A stretch of DNA of 64,000 nt from Candidatus Obscuribacteraceae bacterium (GTDB taxonomy: Bacteria > Cyanobacteriota > Vampirovibrionia > Obscuribacterales > Obscuribacteraceae), in NCBI GenBank assembly GCA_044225915.1, contig JBGAHZ010000028.1, positions 24,524 to 88,523 of the forward strand. Direction: 5' to 3'. Position numbers and translations under genes: made by a program. Positions 20,404 through 30,393 of this stretch are shown piece by piece. The notes beneath the pieces were generated by a model. It was given only the letters and a program-made list of their open reading frames with translations, did no database searches and was not told the origin of the DNA. Positions within the stretch are counted from its first letter, which is position 1, and each line of letters begins with the position of its first letter.

Positions 20404-21834
20404 ATGCTGAGAGTTTCACGATTTCGGCTGGTGCTGCTCTTCGCTCTAGCTATCGCGATGTTCCTGCTCGTATGTGGAGATTCGCAGAACGGCAAGAACC
20501 GCAAGTCCGCGCAGCCCATCACCATCGGTGCCGGTGACAAGCGCGGCTGTCCGCCGACCAACGCCGCTACTGCAACCGTCAATCTGCCCGGCAGCGAAGC
20601 GCTCGGCGCACTGATTACGGACGTCTACGCCAAGCTCGACCCCAAGGGTGTCGGCTCCTTTACGCTCACCGATGTCGATCGCGCAATGCTGGCGCCCTGT
20701 ATCAAGGGGCGGCATGCTATCGCACTGGTGGTCGTGCGCGACAACTTCACTGCTCTCTCCGGCGGGAAAGAGCGACTCACCCTCAGTGACCTGCAAGGTT
20801 ACAAGCCCGGGGTGGCTCGCTCAAACCTGGCGGACAGCATTGACTGGCGGTTTGCTACTGCGGAAAACTTTTTGAAGAACGTCAATCGTGAGCTGTTTCC
20901 TCGGGGGACCCTGACGGAAAGCTGTGCGAAGATGCGTTCGGTCGAGCAGGTTCAGCGCGGCAACTGCTACCTGTTGTCCGGCATCGGTTCTGTTTCGGCG
21001 CAGACGCCCGACGTCATCCGTAACTGTTTCACCGATAACGGTGTGGACACCGCCCGCGGTATCAGAACCTACTCGGTTCGCTTTCCGCGTGACCGAGCCG
21101 TCGAGTATGTGGTCGAGGATTTCACCGATGCAGCCCTGCTCTACGCCGAAGTCTCCGAAGACTCGGGTACCTGGGTAGCGGTCCTCACGCGCGCCTTCGG
21201 TCAGTACATGAAAGATCATGCCCACGTCCGTATCGGACAGCGTCTGTTCTACAAGCTCGACAAACGAGTGCTGCTCGAAGACGCGACTGACCACGGTGGC
21301 ATCGATAGCGAAGGACTGCGCATGTTGACGGACCCCAAGGTCACCGAGTTGAAGCGAGTGCTCTGGGGCTTTCCGGACGAGCAGGTCAACACGCTGTTCA
21401 AAGAAATCCTTGACGGCATGCTCCCTGAAGCCAACGAGATGATCAAGACGGTTTTGACGGCGGCGCTCCTGCCGCAGGTCAAGTCAATCATCAAGTCGAT
21501 GTGCGTGCCGCGCGACGAGTCGGTCGTTCATGACCTGCTCAAACGTTCGGTCGCTGACAACAAGCTTCCAGCTACCGTGATCAAGCACGGCGGCGCTCAC
21601 GAAGCCAGCATTATCGGTTATGAACCAGGCACCAGAACCGCGGACGGCAAGCACGAATCCAGGTATGGGTTCGTCACCATCCGCGACCAGGCCGGGTTGT
21701 ACGAACCGGAAGAGAAAAATGTGACAGACGGCAAGTGGTGGAGAAACCCCGGCATGGACGGCAAGACTGTCGTCATGACCGTTGAGGAATTCACCGCCAT
21801 TTACTGTGGGTTCAACGTCGTGCTCAAGCGTTGA
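20404..21834 (+). CDS. Secreted calpain-like protein, paralog of the C2 domain of 8224-9681 (catalytic Asn position reads Asp)
   Basis: Signal peptide. QRGNCYLLSGIGSVSA aligns with the Cys motif, YSVRFP with YVVRFP, and HEASIIGYE with HAYTIIGFD. TIRDQAG replaces TIRNPHG. Divergently encoded from the TPR paralog. Confidence 0.45.
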   Translation: MLRVSRFRLVLLFALAIAMFLLVCGDSQNGKNRKSAQPITIGAGDKRGCPPTNAATATVNLPGSEALGALITDVYAKLDPKGVGSFTLTDVDRAMLAPCIKGRHAIALVVVRDNFTALSGGKERLTLSDLQGYKPGVARSNLADSIDWRFATAENFLKNVNRELFPRGTLTESCAKMRSVEQVQRGNCYLLSGIGSVSAQTPDVIRNCFTDNGVDTARGIRTYSVRFPRDRAVEYVVEDFTDAALLYAEVSEDSGTWVAVLTRAFGQYMKDHAHVRIGQRLFYKLDKRVLLEDATDHGGIDSEGLRMLTDPKVTELKRVLWGFPDEQVNTLFKEILDGMLPEANEMIKTVLTAALLPQVKSIIKSMCVPRDESVVHDLLKRSVADNKLPATVIKHGGAHEASIIGYEPGTRTADGKHESRYGFVTIRDQAGLYEPEEKNVTDGKWWRNPGMDGKTVVMTVEEFTAIYCGFNVVLKR

Positions 21835-21942
21835 TACCGTAGATGGTGCTGAGATGGTAAACGGTTCCCGCCAGAGCAGGCTGGAATTACTGGCCGCCGC
21901 AACTTCGCGGCGGCTTATTTTTCATCGAATGAAAGGCAAAAA

Positions 21943-22617
21943 ATGTTTATTGCAGACAGACTGGTGGGTACCAGTGGTCCGGCGCGCAACGCGCGGATCG
22001 TTCAACTGTTCGCGGATGAGATGGCACACGGACTGGCCGAGCTGAACTCGATGGGTCGGGACGGCGTCTCGATCTTCGGAACGGCGCGTCGGCGCAAGGG
22101 GCATCCGGACTACGATCAGGCTTTCCGGCTGGGCTACAAGGTGGCCAAGTCGGGTTTGATCGTGATTCAAGGTGGTGGTCCGGGCGCGATGGAAGCGTCG
22201 GCGGAAGGTGCGGTCGCGGCTGGCGGTAAGGCGGCGAGCATCTGCCTCAAGCTGCCGCACGAGGAAAAGCCGAATCCGTTCGGCTCGATCTCGGTGCAGC
22301 ACCGCTTCTTCCCGACGCGCAAGTCGATGTTCATCGAGAAGTCGGTCGGGTTCATCATCGTCAAGGGTGGGTTCGGCACGATGGACGAGTTCTTCGAAGT
22401 GCTGTGCAGCGTTCAGTGCAAGATGAGCACGCGGGTGCCCATCTACCTGATCGGCAAGAAGTTCTGGACTCCGCTGGACACGTTCGTGCGCGAGTCGCTC
22501 CTCGACGAGGGGATGATCGGCGCCGACGACGTCAACCTGTACACGATCACGGATGACGAAGACGAAGCCGTCGACGGCATCGTCTCGCACTGGAGGGCGA
22601 GTCGCGAGCAGCGTTAG
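21943..22617 (+). CDS. LOG-family protein (TIGR00730 Rossmann fold; cytokinin riboside 5'-monophosphate phosphoribohydrolase-like)
   Basis: GGGPGAMEA and KGGFGTMDEF motifs match the LOG family PGGxGTxxE signature. Length about 224 aa. Confidence 0.75.
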   Translation: MFIADRLVGTSGPARNARIVQLFADEMAHGLAELNSMGRDGVSIFGTARRRKGHPDYDQAFRLGYKVAKSGLIVIQGGGPGAMEASAEGAVAAGGKAASICLKLPHEEKPNPFGSISVQHRFFPTRKSMFIEKSVGFIIVKGGFGTMDEFFEVLCSVQCKMSTRVPIYLIGKKFWTPLDTFVRESLLDEGMIGADDVNLYTITDDEDEAVDGIVSHWRASREQR

Positions 22618-22884
22618 TCTCGCGTCTTCGTGAGTAACGTTAACTCGCGATGACGTGTTTGCCTTGTGCGGAGCGCCATTCGCTGATCAGGCGAGCGCAT
22701 CGCATAATTGCGGACACTCTGTACAGGAGAGTCGTCATGTTTAACGGAAACCGAAGAGCGACGGGCGTTCCCCATCGCTTTTTGGTTTGTGAAATGTTTA
22801 ACTATCGTATTTAGTAAAAACGCTTCGACGACCAAGCGGCGCTGAGGGTGCGCCGCCTGGTGTTTGGAACTGTTCCGTGCGCAA

Positions 22885-23589
22885 CTATGCCAAAAGCAAT
22901 TTGATGCCGATGGCGGCACTCAAGATTGCGGAGATCAGGCTGAGGACGAAAAAGATTGTCTTGCGGCGCCGCGCGTTTTGGAAGCCGAAGATGCTCACGC
23001 ACGCGATTCCCATGTTCGACAGTACCATGCCGATGGAGAAGACACTGATCAGTGTCATACCGACGGCGAGGTTGCCGATGGCAGCGGCTGAGCCCAGCGC
23101 GAGTAACTGCGTGGGTGACTCGACGCCGATGCCGTGCAGAACGCCGATCAGGCAGCAGCCGAAGAAGCCGAGGTCATCCAGCTCGTTCTCCTTCGTAACC
23201 TTATTTCGGCTGAAGCGCGCGCGAATCTTGCGAGCGAAGCCGAAGAGCAGACGCCAGCGGCTGATGATTTTGCCCTCGTCTCGGAGCTTGATAGCCGAGT
23301 AGAGAACAGCGACCGCCAACACCAGAAGCGTTACTCCAACGAGCTTTTCCATCACTGTTGCCAGCGACGTGGGCAGGCTGAAGCCCAGCCATAGCGCCAA
23401 TCCGCCGAGAACGAAAACGATTCCTACGTGTCCTAGCGCGTAGCCGAGGCCGCCGAGAATGGCGCCTCTTCGGGTGGTTTGGGCTGCGCTGATGTCGGTG
23501 ATGGCAGCCAGGTGGTCGACGTCGAGGCTGTGCCTAAGCCCGAGTAGAAACGTGGCCCAGAGAAGGACCGAGTCGAGTTGAACGTCCAT
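22885..23589 (-). CDS. NiCoT/NicO-type nickel/cobalt transporter-like membrane protein
   Basis: Multi-TM protein with the signature GLRHSLDVDHLAAI in TM1, which fits the HxxxDH metal-binding motif of nickel/cobalt permeases. Confidence 0.5.
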   Translation of the reverse strand: MDVQLDSVLLWATFLLGLRHSLDVDHLAAITDISAAQTTRRGAILGGLGYALGHVGIVFVLGGLALWLGFSLPTSLATVMEKLVGVTLLVLAVAVLYSAIKLRDEGKIISRWRLLFGFARKIRARFSRNKVTKENELDDLGFFGCCLIGVLHGIGVESPTQLLALGSAAAIGNLAVGMTLISVFSIGMVLSNMGIACVSIFGFQNARRRKTIFFVLSLISAILSAAIGIKLLLA

Positions 23590-24108
23590 TTAGTGTTCCT
23601 GCGCTTTTAGCGCGGTAAAAGTTCGAAGTTCAAGACTGAGAGGGTTAAACGGTAAAGGATTCCGGAATCGGGCGATTGGTTGAAGCTGACCTATAACCTA
23701 GAAACATAGTCCTGCAAATTCAATGGAGTGTTTAGTGTGGGCTCACAAACGGCGAGCGGCGGGGATGCGGCTATCTATCGAAAGTGCATTTTGATATTGA
23801 ATCCGATGTGCCGAAACTAATTGACTAGACTGACTCGCGAGGTTTTCACAGGCAGAAATCATTTCCATTATTTTGAAACCTTCAGCGCCGACGTTGGTCG
23901 GGAAAAAAAGCGGGTCGCATGAATAGTAAGCTTCGACACGTTCTACACTGATTGTTTAACACGATTTAGTCCTGTCGACGTAATAGTGTAGTAGAACGGT
24001 CGCAGTGATCGAGTTGCGAAAAATGAGGCGAGTCCCGGGAAACCAAAGTTTCACGGGACTCGCATGTGAGGTTTGAGGTGTGAACGGAAGCGTTCACGTG
24101 TGTTGGGT

Positions 24109-25173
24109 TTACGCTGATGGGGCAACGAGCAGTTTCGCCTTCTCGCTCAGGGGTTTGAACAACCAGAGGTTGTTCTGATCAAGGTTGTTTTGAGGCCAGG
24201 TCCCGCTATTGAGATAGAGGGGCTCCGGAACAAACTCGGCAGGGAGGCTCTGGAGAACGAAAAGCCAGGATTCCTGCAAACGTGAGAGCGTGATGCCTTG
24301 CTTGCGAAGCTCGGCGGCGCGGCGCTGGAAGTCGCGGATAGTGGCTTCCTGTGCGGGGTCGGAGCAGGCGTAGCCCTTGGCGCAGTTCCAACCGTAGACG
24401 TGGAGGTGGCTTGGTGCCGTCTCCAGGAAGTCGTAACCACAGGCGGTGGCAAGTTTGTCCCAAGCCGCATGCGCCAGTTTGCCGACGTCGGGGATTGGAA
24501 CCGACACTTGACCTGGGTGACGCTGCGATTTCCAGGCGATCCGGAAGAGGCGCATGAAGTCGTCGGGACGGTCGATGTACTTGAACGGGCTGGCGACAAA
24601 TGCCTCCAGCTCTTCGTCTCCGCAGGCTTTGGCGATACCGGTGCCGGGCAGATACGAGTACAGTGACGTTTCGCACGAGCTGGCTTCGAGCTGGCGACCG
24701 CCGATAACGAGCGGCAGATTGACTGTTTCGTCGTACGGATAATCGAGCAGTCCAGAGTCATTCGCTTTGCGGGTACCGTCGAAACGGCGGTCGCGCAGCG
24801 CCCAACTGAAGATCAGCTCTCCGGGTTTGCCACCAAGAACGTCGCCAAACCAGGCGAAAACTTTGACTTTGACGTGGTCGCGTTTGATTACCAGCGCACC
24901 ATTGGCGGTGCGATAGTAGTTCGCGTACACGGGAAACCGAAGCACTTTGGTGCTTCCATCGACAGACCAACCGTTGAGATTGCTCATCTGGTCGCCGTCG
25001 AAAACACCTTCCGTCGTTTCGTGGATGCGGGAAAAGCTTTCGCCGAGCGGTCCGAGCAAGCCCTTCACCATCGGAGTGACGGCAGTTGTCCACAAAGTGC
25101 TATCGCTGATCGAGGCGAGCGGTGACGCGCCGATCTGTCTTGCGGCAGAGCGCAAGAATCTTTGTCGTTTCAT
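24109..25173 (-). CDS. Conserved hypothetical protein, paralog of 57480-58619
   Basis: Matches to 57480-58619 include ALRDRRFDGT versus AIRDRKLDGT, SSCETSLYSY versus EACEISIYSW, and LQESWLFVLQSLPAEFVPEPL versus LQETWLVSLQNLPESHIPDEL. Confidence 0.45.
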   Translation of the reverse strand: MKRQRFLRSAARQIGASPLASISDSTLWTTAVTPMVKGLLGPLGESFSRIHETTEGVFDGDQMSNLNGWSVDGSTKVLRFPVYANYYRTANGALVIKRDHVKVKVFAWFGDVLGGKPGELIFSWALRDRRFDGTRKANDSGLLDYPYDETVNLPLVIGGRQLEASSCETSLYSYLPGTGIAKACGDEELEAFVASPFKYIDRPDDFMRLFRIAWKSQRHPGQVSVPIPDVGKLAHAAWDKLATACGYDFLETAPSHLHVYGWNCAKGYACSDPAQEATIRDFQRRAAELRKQGITLSRLQESWLFVLQSLPAEFVPEPLYLNSGTWPQNNLDQNNLWLFKPLSEKAKLLVAPSA

Positions 25174-25923
25174 TCGGGTGTACTTTCAGTGCGTGCAAGC
25201 GGGTCGTTCGATCCGCATGCGGTTTTAAAAATGCTTCGAACGAAGCAACCAGAAACATCCGTGAGCCTCCGCACGCAAGCTTTCGAGCGAGTGTGGCGGC
25301 AGGAGGATGTTGGACAAAACTAAAAGAGTTCGTTTGGTCTCAAGATTCTGGTTGGAAGAGTGGGTCAATTTCTTCTATCAAGAAGTGGTAAATAAGCCGA
25401 TGTTGCTTTAAGTTTGTTATGTAACGTGATGTTTGAAACATCGAAGATACAAACGACGATTCAGTCCGAAACGCCGCCAGACGGTCACGGTTGCAACTAG
25501 CTTAAGCGGTTCTCAGGGCGGGTTCAGCATATCGCTAACTGTGCGAAGGGAAGTTAGGTGTGAATGTAAATGTGAAAACTTGATTGTAATGATAAACGAA
25601 TTGCTAACGCCTTTATGAGATAGCCGAAATCGGCATCCTGTAAGCGTCTCGGGCGGGGATATTGATGTGTTGCGCATTGTGATGATCGACCGTTCGCATC
25701 TTCGTAATACATCGAGTGTTTGCTTAGTAAGTCATACCTGGTATCACGAATTACTTCTCGCACAAACCTTTTCGGAATCTCTTTATTACAGCCCAAAGTC
25801 TGCACCACAACTAAACTCATGCACCATCAACGGGACTAAGTCTCCGTAGTGGTGCACCGGCTGTGTATTTTGGTCTGAAAAGGCTAGCGCGAGTTGTCAC
25901 CCAGCAACAGATCGGAAAAGGAA

Positions 25924-26187
25924 ATGCAGGTTCGAAGGACCGCAGTTTGCCTCGCTATCCTTGCGGTAGCGTCTGCATCGCTCATCGGATATTTTTTCGG
26001 CATCGTGGCGGCACTGGCGTGGTTGGCTCTTGTAGTTAGCGCATCGGTGCTTTTCTTCGTGCGGTCGCGTGCCCTGGGCAGCGAACCCAAGCGGATTGTG
26101 ACGCCCAACGAACGCCGTCATGGCGGTTATACCTATCGAGGTTCCCACTATCGCGACCGGTGGCCCGGCGAACCTCCGCACCGCTGA
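25924..26187 (+). CDS. Small two-TM membrane protein (hypothetical)
   Basis: Two hydrophobic helices followed by a basic tail. The start was chosen at MQVRRT; no strong RBS is visible. Confidence 0.25.
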   Translation: MQVRRTAVCLAILAVASASLIGYFFGIVAALAWLALVVSASVLFFVRSRALGSEPKRIVTPNERRHGGYTYRGSHYRDRWPGEPPHR

Positions 26188-26399
26188 TTCACTCAACTAG
26201 AGATGAGGACTCGCGCGCGTCGCGGTTCGAATCAAGTTGAGTACGTTTGCTCGAACACCTGAAACGGCGCGTTCAGCGCTGTTCGAGTTGAACGTGTTTA
26301 GTTCGAAGCCTTGCGGTTTTGAACACATGTTTCAAACACTTTGATTGAGTCGCTTCGCGGCTCTCGATATCAGCACAACGAACTCACCTGGAGAAATGG

Positions 26400-26789
26400 A
26401 TGACCGAAGCCCAACAGCAGAAACCCGCAAAGTCCGAACGCTCGCACCATGCGGGCACCGAGCGGATTACGATCCACATTCATCGCGGGCTCCATGCTGC
26501 CGCCCTTCATCTCACGCAACACCACATCGCGTCTTACGAGGCCTATGCCAACCAGCCGGCTCTCAACGACGGCGAACTGCACGACACGCTCGTCGAAGTC
26601 ACCAGCAGCGGTGTCGAACTCGACGTCGCGCTGAAGGTTGCGCACGAACTCGCCGGACACATCCTGCCTGCCACCATCGGCGGCAAGGACACGGAGATGG
26701 TGATCGTGGTCACTGATTGCAAAAACTCGCTGGGAGAAGTCGAGGGTCTGTTGCAGATCCTGAAGGGACTTAACCGGCCGCAACGCTGA
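26400..26789 (+). CDS. Hypothetical protein (His-rich N-terminus)
   Basis: The ORF is open and has typical codon usage. No motif recognised. Confidence 0.3.
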   Translation: MTEAQQQKPAKSERSHHAGTERITIHIHRGLHAAALHLTQHHIASYEAYANQPALNDGELHDTLVEVTSSGVELDVALKVAHELAGHILPATIGGKDTEMVIVVTDCKNSLGEVEGLLQILKGLNRPQR

Positions 26790-27062
26790 GCATAAGGCGC
26801 TCTCGGCGTTTCTGAACGCTGGAGTGCCCCCATGGTATTTGTAGTGTGACTTAACTCGGTATTGCACGAAAGTGCCGTACCGAGTTCTTTTTTGAAAATG
26901 CATGTACTAATGAATATGGTAGTGGGGATCTTAGGTTCTAGGTATTTTGGTACGCGGACGCTCGAACCCTCTAGTAATGAGGTCTTCCACAGGGGCGCTT
27001 TGTAAGCGCCACTGGAAGCGATTTTACTATCACGGGAGCGTCGCCATCCTGGCGGCTTTTCG

Positions 27063-27318
27063 GAGCAGGCTGGAAGCCTGCGCTCCCAGGATCTGTATCC
27101 TGGAAACCTGTGCTCCCAGGATCTGCAGGCTGGAAGCCTGCGCTCCCAGGATCTGTATCCTGGAAACCTGTGCTCCCAGGATCTGCAGGCTGGAAGCGTG
27201 CGCTCCCAGGATCTGCATCCTGGAAACCTGTGCTCCTAGGATCTGCAGGCTGGAAGCGTGCGCTCCCAGGATCTGCATCCTGGGAACCTGTGCACCCAGG
27301 ATCTGCATCCTGGAAACG
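27063..27318. repeat. Tandem array (about 4.3 copies of a 60-bp unit, equivalent to alternating 30-bp subunits) of a REP-like palindromic element
   Basis: The unit is gcaggctggaagcctgcgctcccaggatctgtatcctggaaacctgtgctcccaggatct. Each subunit carries a 7-bp-stem hairpin, gcaggct/agcctgc in one and ccaggat/atcctgg in the other. Units 1 and 2 are identical, as are units 3 and 4. The array sits between convergent gene ends. Confidence 0.85.
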
Positions 27319-27330
27319 GCTATTCGGAGA

Positions 27331-30300
27331 CTAGTCGTTCGAGTTTATAGTTACGCCGGAGTTTTTACTGCCCAGAGTGAGGCTGGCCAGCTTATTTCCA
27401 TTGTTTATTCTTACGCTGGTTGGAGCTGTTCCGGTCAAGTTGATGGTTTGAGTTTTGGAGGACGCAAAGCCGTTGCCCGTTAACAGTACGTTGCCTGATA
27501 CGTTGACGTTCGATGTCGGCGTGAATGTGTTCACCAAAGTCGGTCCGAGGGAGATGGTTATGTCGCCTGTGGGACCAGATGATATGTCGCGATCGACAAT
27601 CATCTTGCCTTTGGTGCTGGAATTCGTCACGGTCACATGACCACCAGCGACCAGACCCTGAGAAATAGACAGCGTTCCTGCGTTTGTGGTTATGTCTATA
27701 TCATTGGACACCGATAGCGGTGATGAACCCTCGAGTTTAAGCGAACCATTCGCGGTTATAGCAGCTTGAGCCGCCGCTTTTGTGTTTTCCAGAATAGTGC
27801 CTTTGGGTGCAAGGCAGTTCAGGAATAGCGGACCAAATTTCGCTTGTGCTGTGACCTTAGGCACAGCTACGTTGAACGGATTCACCGACGTACCAATAGC
27901 AATATCGGCTAGTAGCGAGAGCTGTTTTGTGGTCACTGTACCGCCAAACAAGGAGTTTAAAAGGCTTCCGGCTGTTGTGAATCGGGCCTCGTCGGTTGCG
28001 GTCACATCCTGAAACGAGACAAGGTTTGCTGCAGTCACGTCGAAGGACTTGCTGAGGATTGAACCCGTTGCTGTAATATCGCGATCGGCGGCTGTAATGG
28101 AAACCTCCGCCTTCTGAGCGGTGATTTGAGCGATGTTTAGCGCTCCTGGCGACCCGGTGTTGACCTGAATGTTCACGCCGGTTCCACCGCATTCAGCCAA
28201 TAGAGATGGCGCGATGATGTTCAAAGGATCCGACGACGACCCGATTTCCTTGCCTGCGAACAACTGTATTTGAGTTGCAGAGGTGATTGGCGGTGGTCCA
28301 CCGCCATCCTTGATTTCGGTTCCAGCCGAGAGGATAACCAGTTGATTGGCGTTGATCGCGCCTTGTACGTACAGCTCCCGTCCAGCGGATGCTTGAAATG
28401 TTGTTGTCGAGTTGATTGGACCGGCAATGACTAGATCGGCATTTCTATTGAGTTTTTCCGCGCCAGTGAGAAAGGAAGTGCTCGTTCTACTTCCATCCGC
28501 TGCGTAAACGATGGGTACTTTTTTGTTGCTGGAGACTACGTCGGATGTTCTAATTGAGATGGAACCTTCGACCCCGGAGCTACCGCCGGTGGTGCTCAAC
28601 GTACCGGTTCTCACTGCTTCAGATTGAGCTTTTGACGCTCCTCCCACTATATTGATAAACCCATTAAAACCTGTGCCGCTTCCACCAGTACTGATAGTGC
28701 CATTGGTAGTATCAATAGTGCCGCCGCCTTGTCCATCAGTCCCTCTTCCGTCGAAAGCAAATAGACTTACGTTGCCCCCGTTGGTATTACCCGAGGTATC
28801 AGTCGCGCGTGCCAGAATACTGGAGCCGGCGTCCATTTGGATGTTGCCCCCGGTTTTAGAACTCTTGCCTGACAACGTCACAATCCCTGCGTCAGCAGGC
28901 AACGCGGGAAGAGTTGATTTGTTGTTGCCACCTTGATTTGTAAAATCAGCTCCCGCGATTAGCGTGATATCGAAGCCTTTCGAGCTTGCATCGCCGGCGC
29001 TGACGGTAACCCCGCTCTGTATCTCGATATTGGAGGTTGAAACTACTACCAGTGCTTCTGCAACGCTAACGTTTCCTGTGATAGTTATGTCCCCATTCCG
29101 ATTGAAAAACGTAGGGTCGCCCGTCAAGCACACGCTTCCTAGTTGGAGATTATCCGTGCTGGCAATTACGTGCGCTGCACTTCCAGTCTCATTGATAATG
29201 CCAGTGACTTGATTGACATCAGCAAATGCTGTCCCCATGCCGGAGTTTAGATTGAATTGTTTGCTAAATAAATCGCCGCCGATGATCTTGCTGTCGAATG
29301 CTCCGTTGTAATCACTCTCTCGTAAATTGACGGCGCCGTTGAGGGCGCTGATAACTCCATGCTGGTTGTTCACAACAAGTGCCGCGTCTGATGCTCCACG
29401 CAAGTTGACGTTGCCTGCAGTTGAAGCAATCGACCCGTGGTTGTTGACATTGGGAGCGGCAAAACTGAGATCTTTAGCCGCAGTGATCGAACCGTAGTTG
29501 TTTACGGTATTTCCCGCTGTCAGCGTCAAACCGGCGGATGAAGCGATTGTACCGGCATTGCTCAATGTTCCCGAAGCATCAAGAGTTAGATCGATGTTGG
29601 AGTTAATCGTTGCGCCACGGAAGTTGTTGATATCGTCAGCGTGAATGGCTCCCTGTCTGGCGTTGCTGCTGCCTGACAGAGCAAGTACCGTTCCGAAGTT
29701 ATTCAAATCACCTAACAATCTGAAGTCGGAGCGCCTGGAGAAGTCACCACTGGTGGTGACGTTATTTGCTACTACCAGGTTGGCAGCTCGCATAACGTCA
29801 TGATCGCCGGTTATGGCGTCAAGGTTGACATTGCCACCTATGGCGCGACCGCTGCGGTCGACGATTAGTTTTTGTCCATCGCCCGAAAGTGCTTGTTTAA
29901 CAGCAATGTATTCCGCTGCTGTCACCTGGCTGCCGGCAGTGACAGTTTTAGTGCCTTCGCCTGATGTGATTTCGACAGAATCATGAGTGGCAAACAGGTT
30001 TTTGCCGAGTGTAATGTTTCTAGAATTCGAGGTCAGATCAAGATCCAGTCCGCTCTTCAGTTTTACGATGTCGCCCGAGACATTAATCTGGTTTGTTCTT
30101 GCGCGCAAATGATCCAGCATGTTCTGATTGCCGATTCGAGCGGCTCGCAGATCGGCATGACGGTTACTGGATGGCTGCACTATGCTGGCCGCGGGAAGTT
30201 TGTTCTGGCGATCGTTACTCTCGCGGAACAGCGCTCGGGCTGCGTGACGTTCTATGCTGGGATTTTGCAGTCTGAACTCTTTGAAGTTCGAGTGATTGTG

Positions 30301-30393
30301 ACCGGCGTAGGCCGATGAAGTAGTCGCAAGCAGGAGTGTTCCTGCTAAGAAAGATGCTGATTTCAGCGTGACCTTAAGAGCTCGATACTGCAT
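27331..30393 (-). CDS. Large secreted beta-helix repeat protein (adhesin/hemagglutinin-like, about 1020 aa)
   Basis: Signal peptide (…LLLATTSSAYA) followed by about 1000 aa of Gly/Asn/Thr/Ser-rich degenerate repeats (…GNVNL…, …GTIASSAGLTLTAGNTVNNYGSITAA…), typical of parallel beta-helix adhesins. Confidence 0.55.
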   Translation of the reverse strand: MQYRALKVTLKSASFLAGTLLLATTSSAYAGHNHSNFKEFRLQNPSIERHAARALFRESNDRQNKLPAASIVQPSSNRHADLRAARIGNQNMLDHLRARTNQINVSGDIVKLKSGLDLDLTSNSRNITLGKNLFATHDSVEITSGEGTKTVTAGSQVTAAEYIAVKQALSGDGQKLIVDRSGRAIGGNVNLDAITGDHDVMRAANLVVANNVTTSGDFSRRSDFRLLGDLNNFGTVLALSGSSNARQGAIHADDINNFRGATINSNIDLTLDASGTLSNAGTIASSAGLTLTAGNTVNNYGSITAAKDLSFAAPNVNNHGSIASTAGNVNLRGASDAALVVNNQHGVISALNGAVNLRESDYNGAFDSKIIGGDLFSKQFNLNSGMGTAFADVNQVTGIINETGSAAHVIASTDNLQLGSVCLTGDPTFFNRNGDITITGNVSVAEALVVVSTSNIEIQSGVTVSAGDASSKGFDITLIAGADFTNQGGNNKSTLPALPADAGIVTLSGKSSKTGGNIQMDAGSSILARATDTSGNTNGGNVSLFAFDGRGTDGQGGGTIDTTNGTISTGGSGTGFNGFINIVGGASKAQSEAVRTGTLSTTGGSSGVEGSISIRTSDVVSSNKKVPIVYAADGSRTSTSFLTGAEKLNRNADLVIAGPINSTTTFQASAGRELYVQGAINANQLVILSAGTEIKDGGGPPPITSATQIQLFAGKEIGSSSDPLNIIAPSLLAECGGTGVNIQVNTGSPGALNIAQITAQKAEVSITAADRDITATGSILSKSFDVTAANLVSFQDVTATDEARFTTAGSLLNSLFGGTVTTKQLSLLADIAIGTSVNPFNVAVPKVTAQAKFGPLFLNCLAPKGTILENTKAAAQAAITANGSLKLEGSSPLSVSNDIDITTNAGTLSISQGLVAGGHVTVTNSSTKGKMIVDRDISSGPTGDITISLGPTLVNTFTPTSNVNVSGNVLLTGNGFASSKTQTINLTGTAPTSVRINNGNKLASLTLGSKNSGVTINSND

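Noticed and set aside
23590-24108. Intergenic region scanned for tRNA or small-RNA genes
   Set aside because: Only simple hairpins were found (e.g. gcgagtcccg…cgggactcgc). There is no cloverleaf-compatible arrangement or conserved tRNA boxes.
27063-27318. Possible CRISPR array, given regularly spaced 30-bp repeats
   Set aside because: The would-be spacers are just the alternate variant of the same palindromic unit and repeat identically. There are no unique spacers, no leader and no cas genes nearby. It is a tandem REP-like array.
26947-27483. ORFs reading through the repeat array (26947-27483 +, 27030-27308 -, 27110-27334 +)
   Set aside because: The translations are periodic copies of the repeat (…LEACAPRICILETCAPRIC…, …QILGAQ…). 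They are created by the tandem DNA repeat and are not genes.
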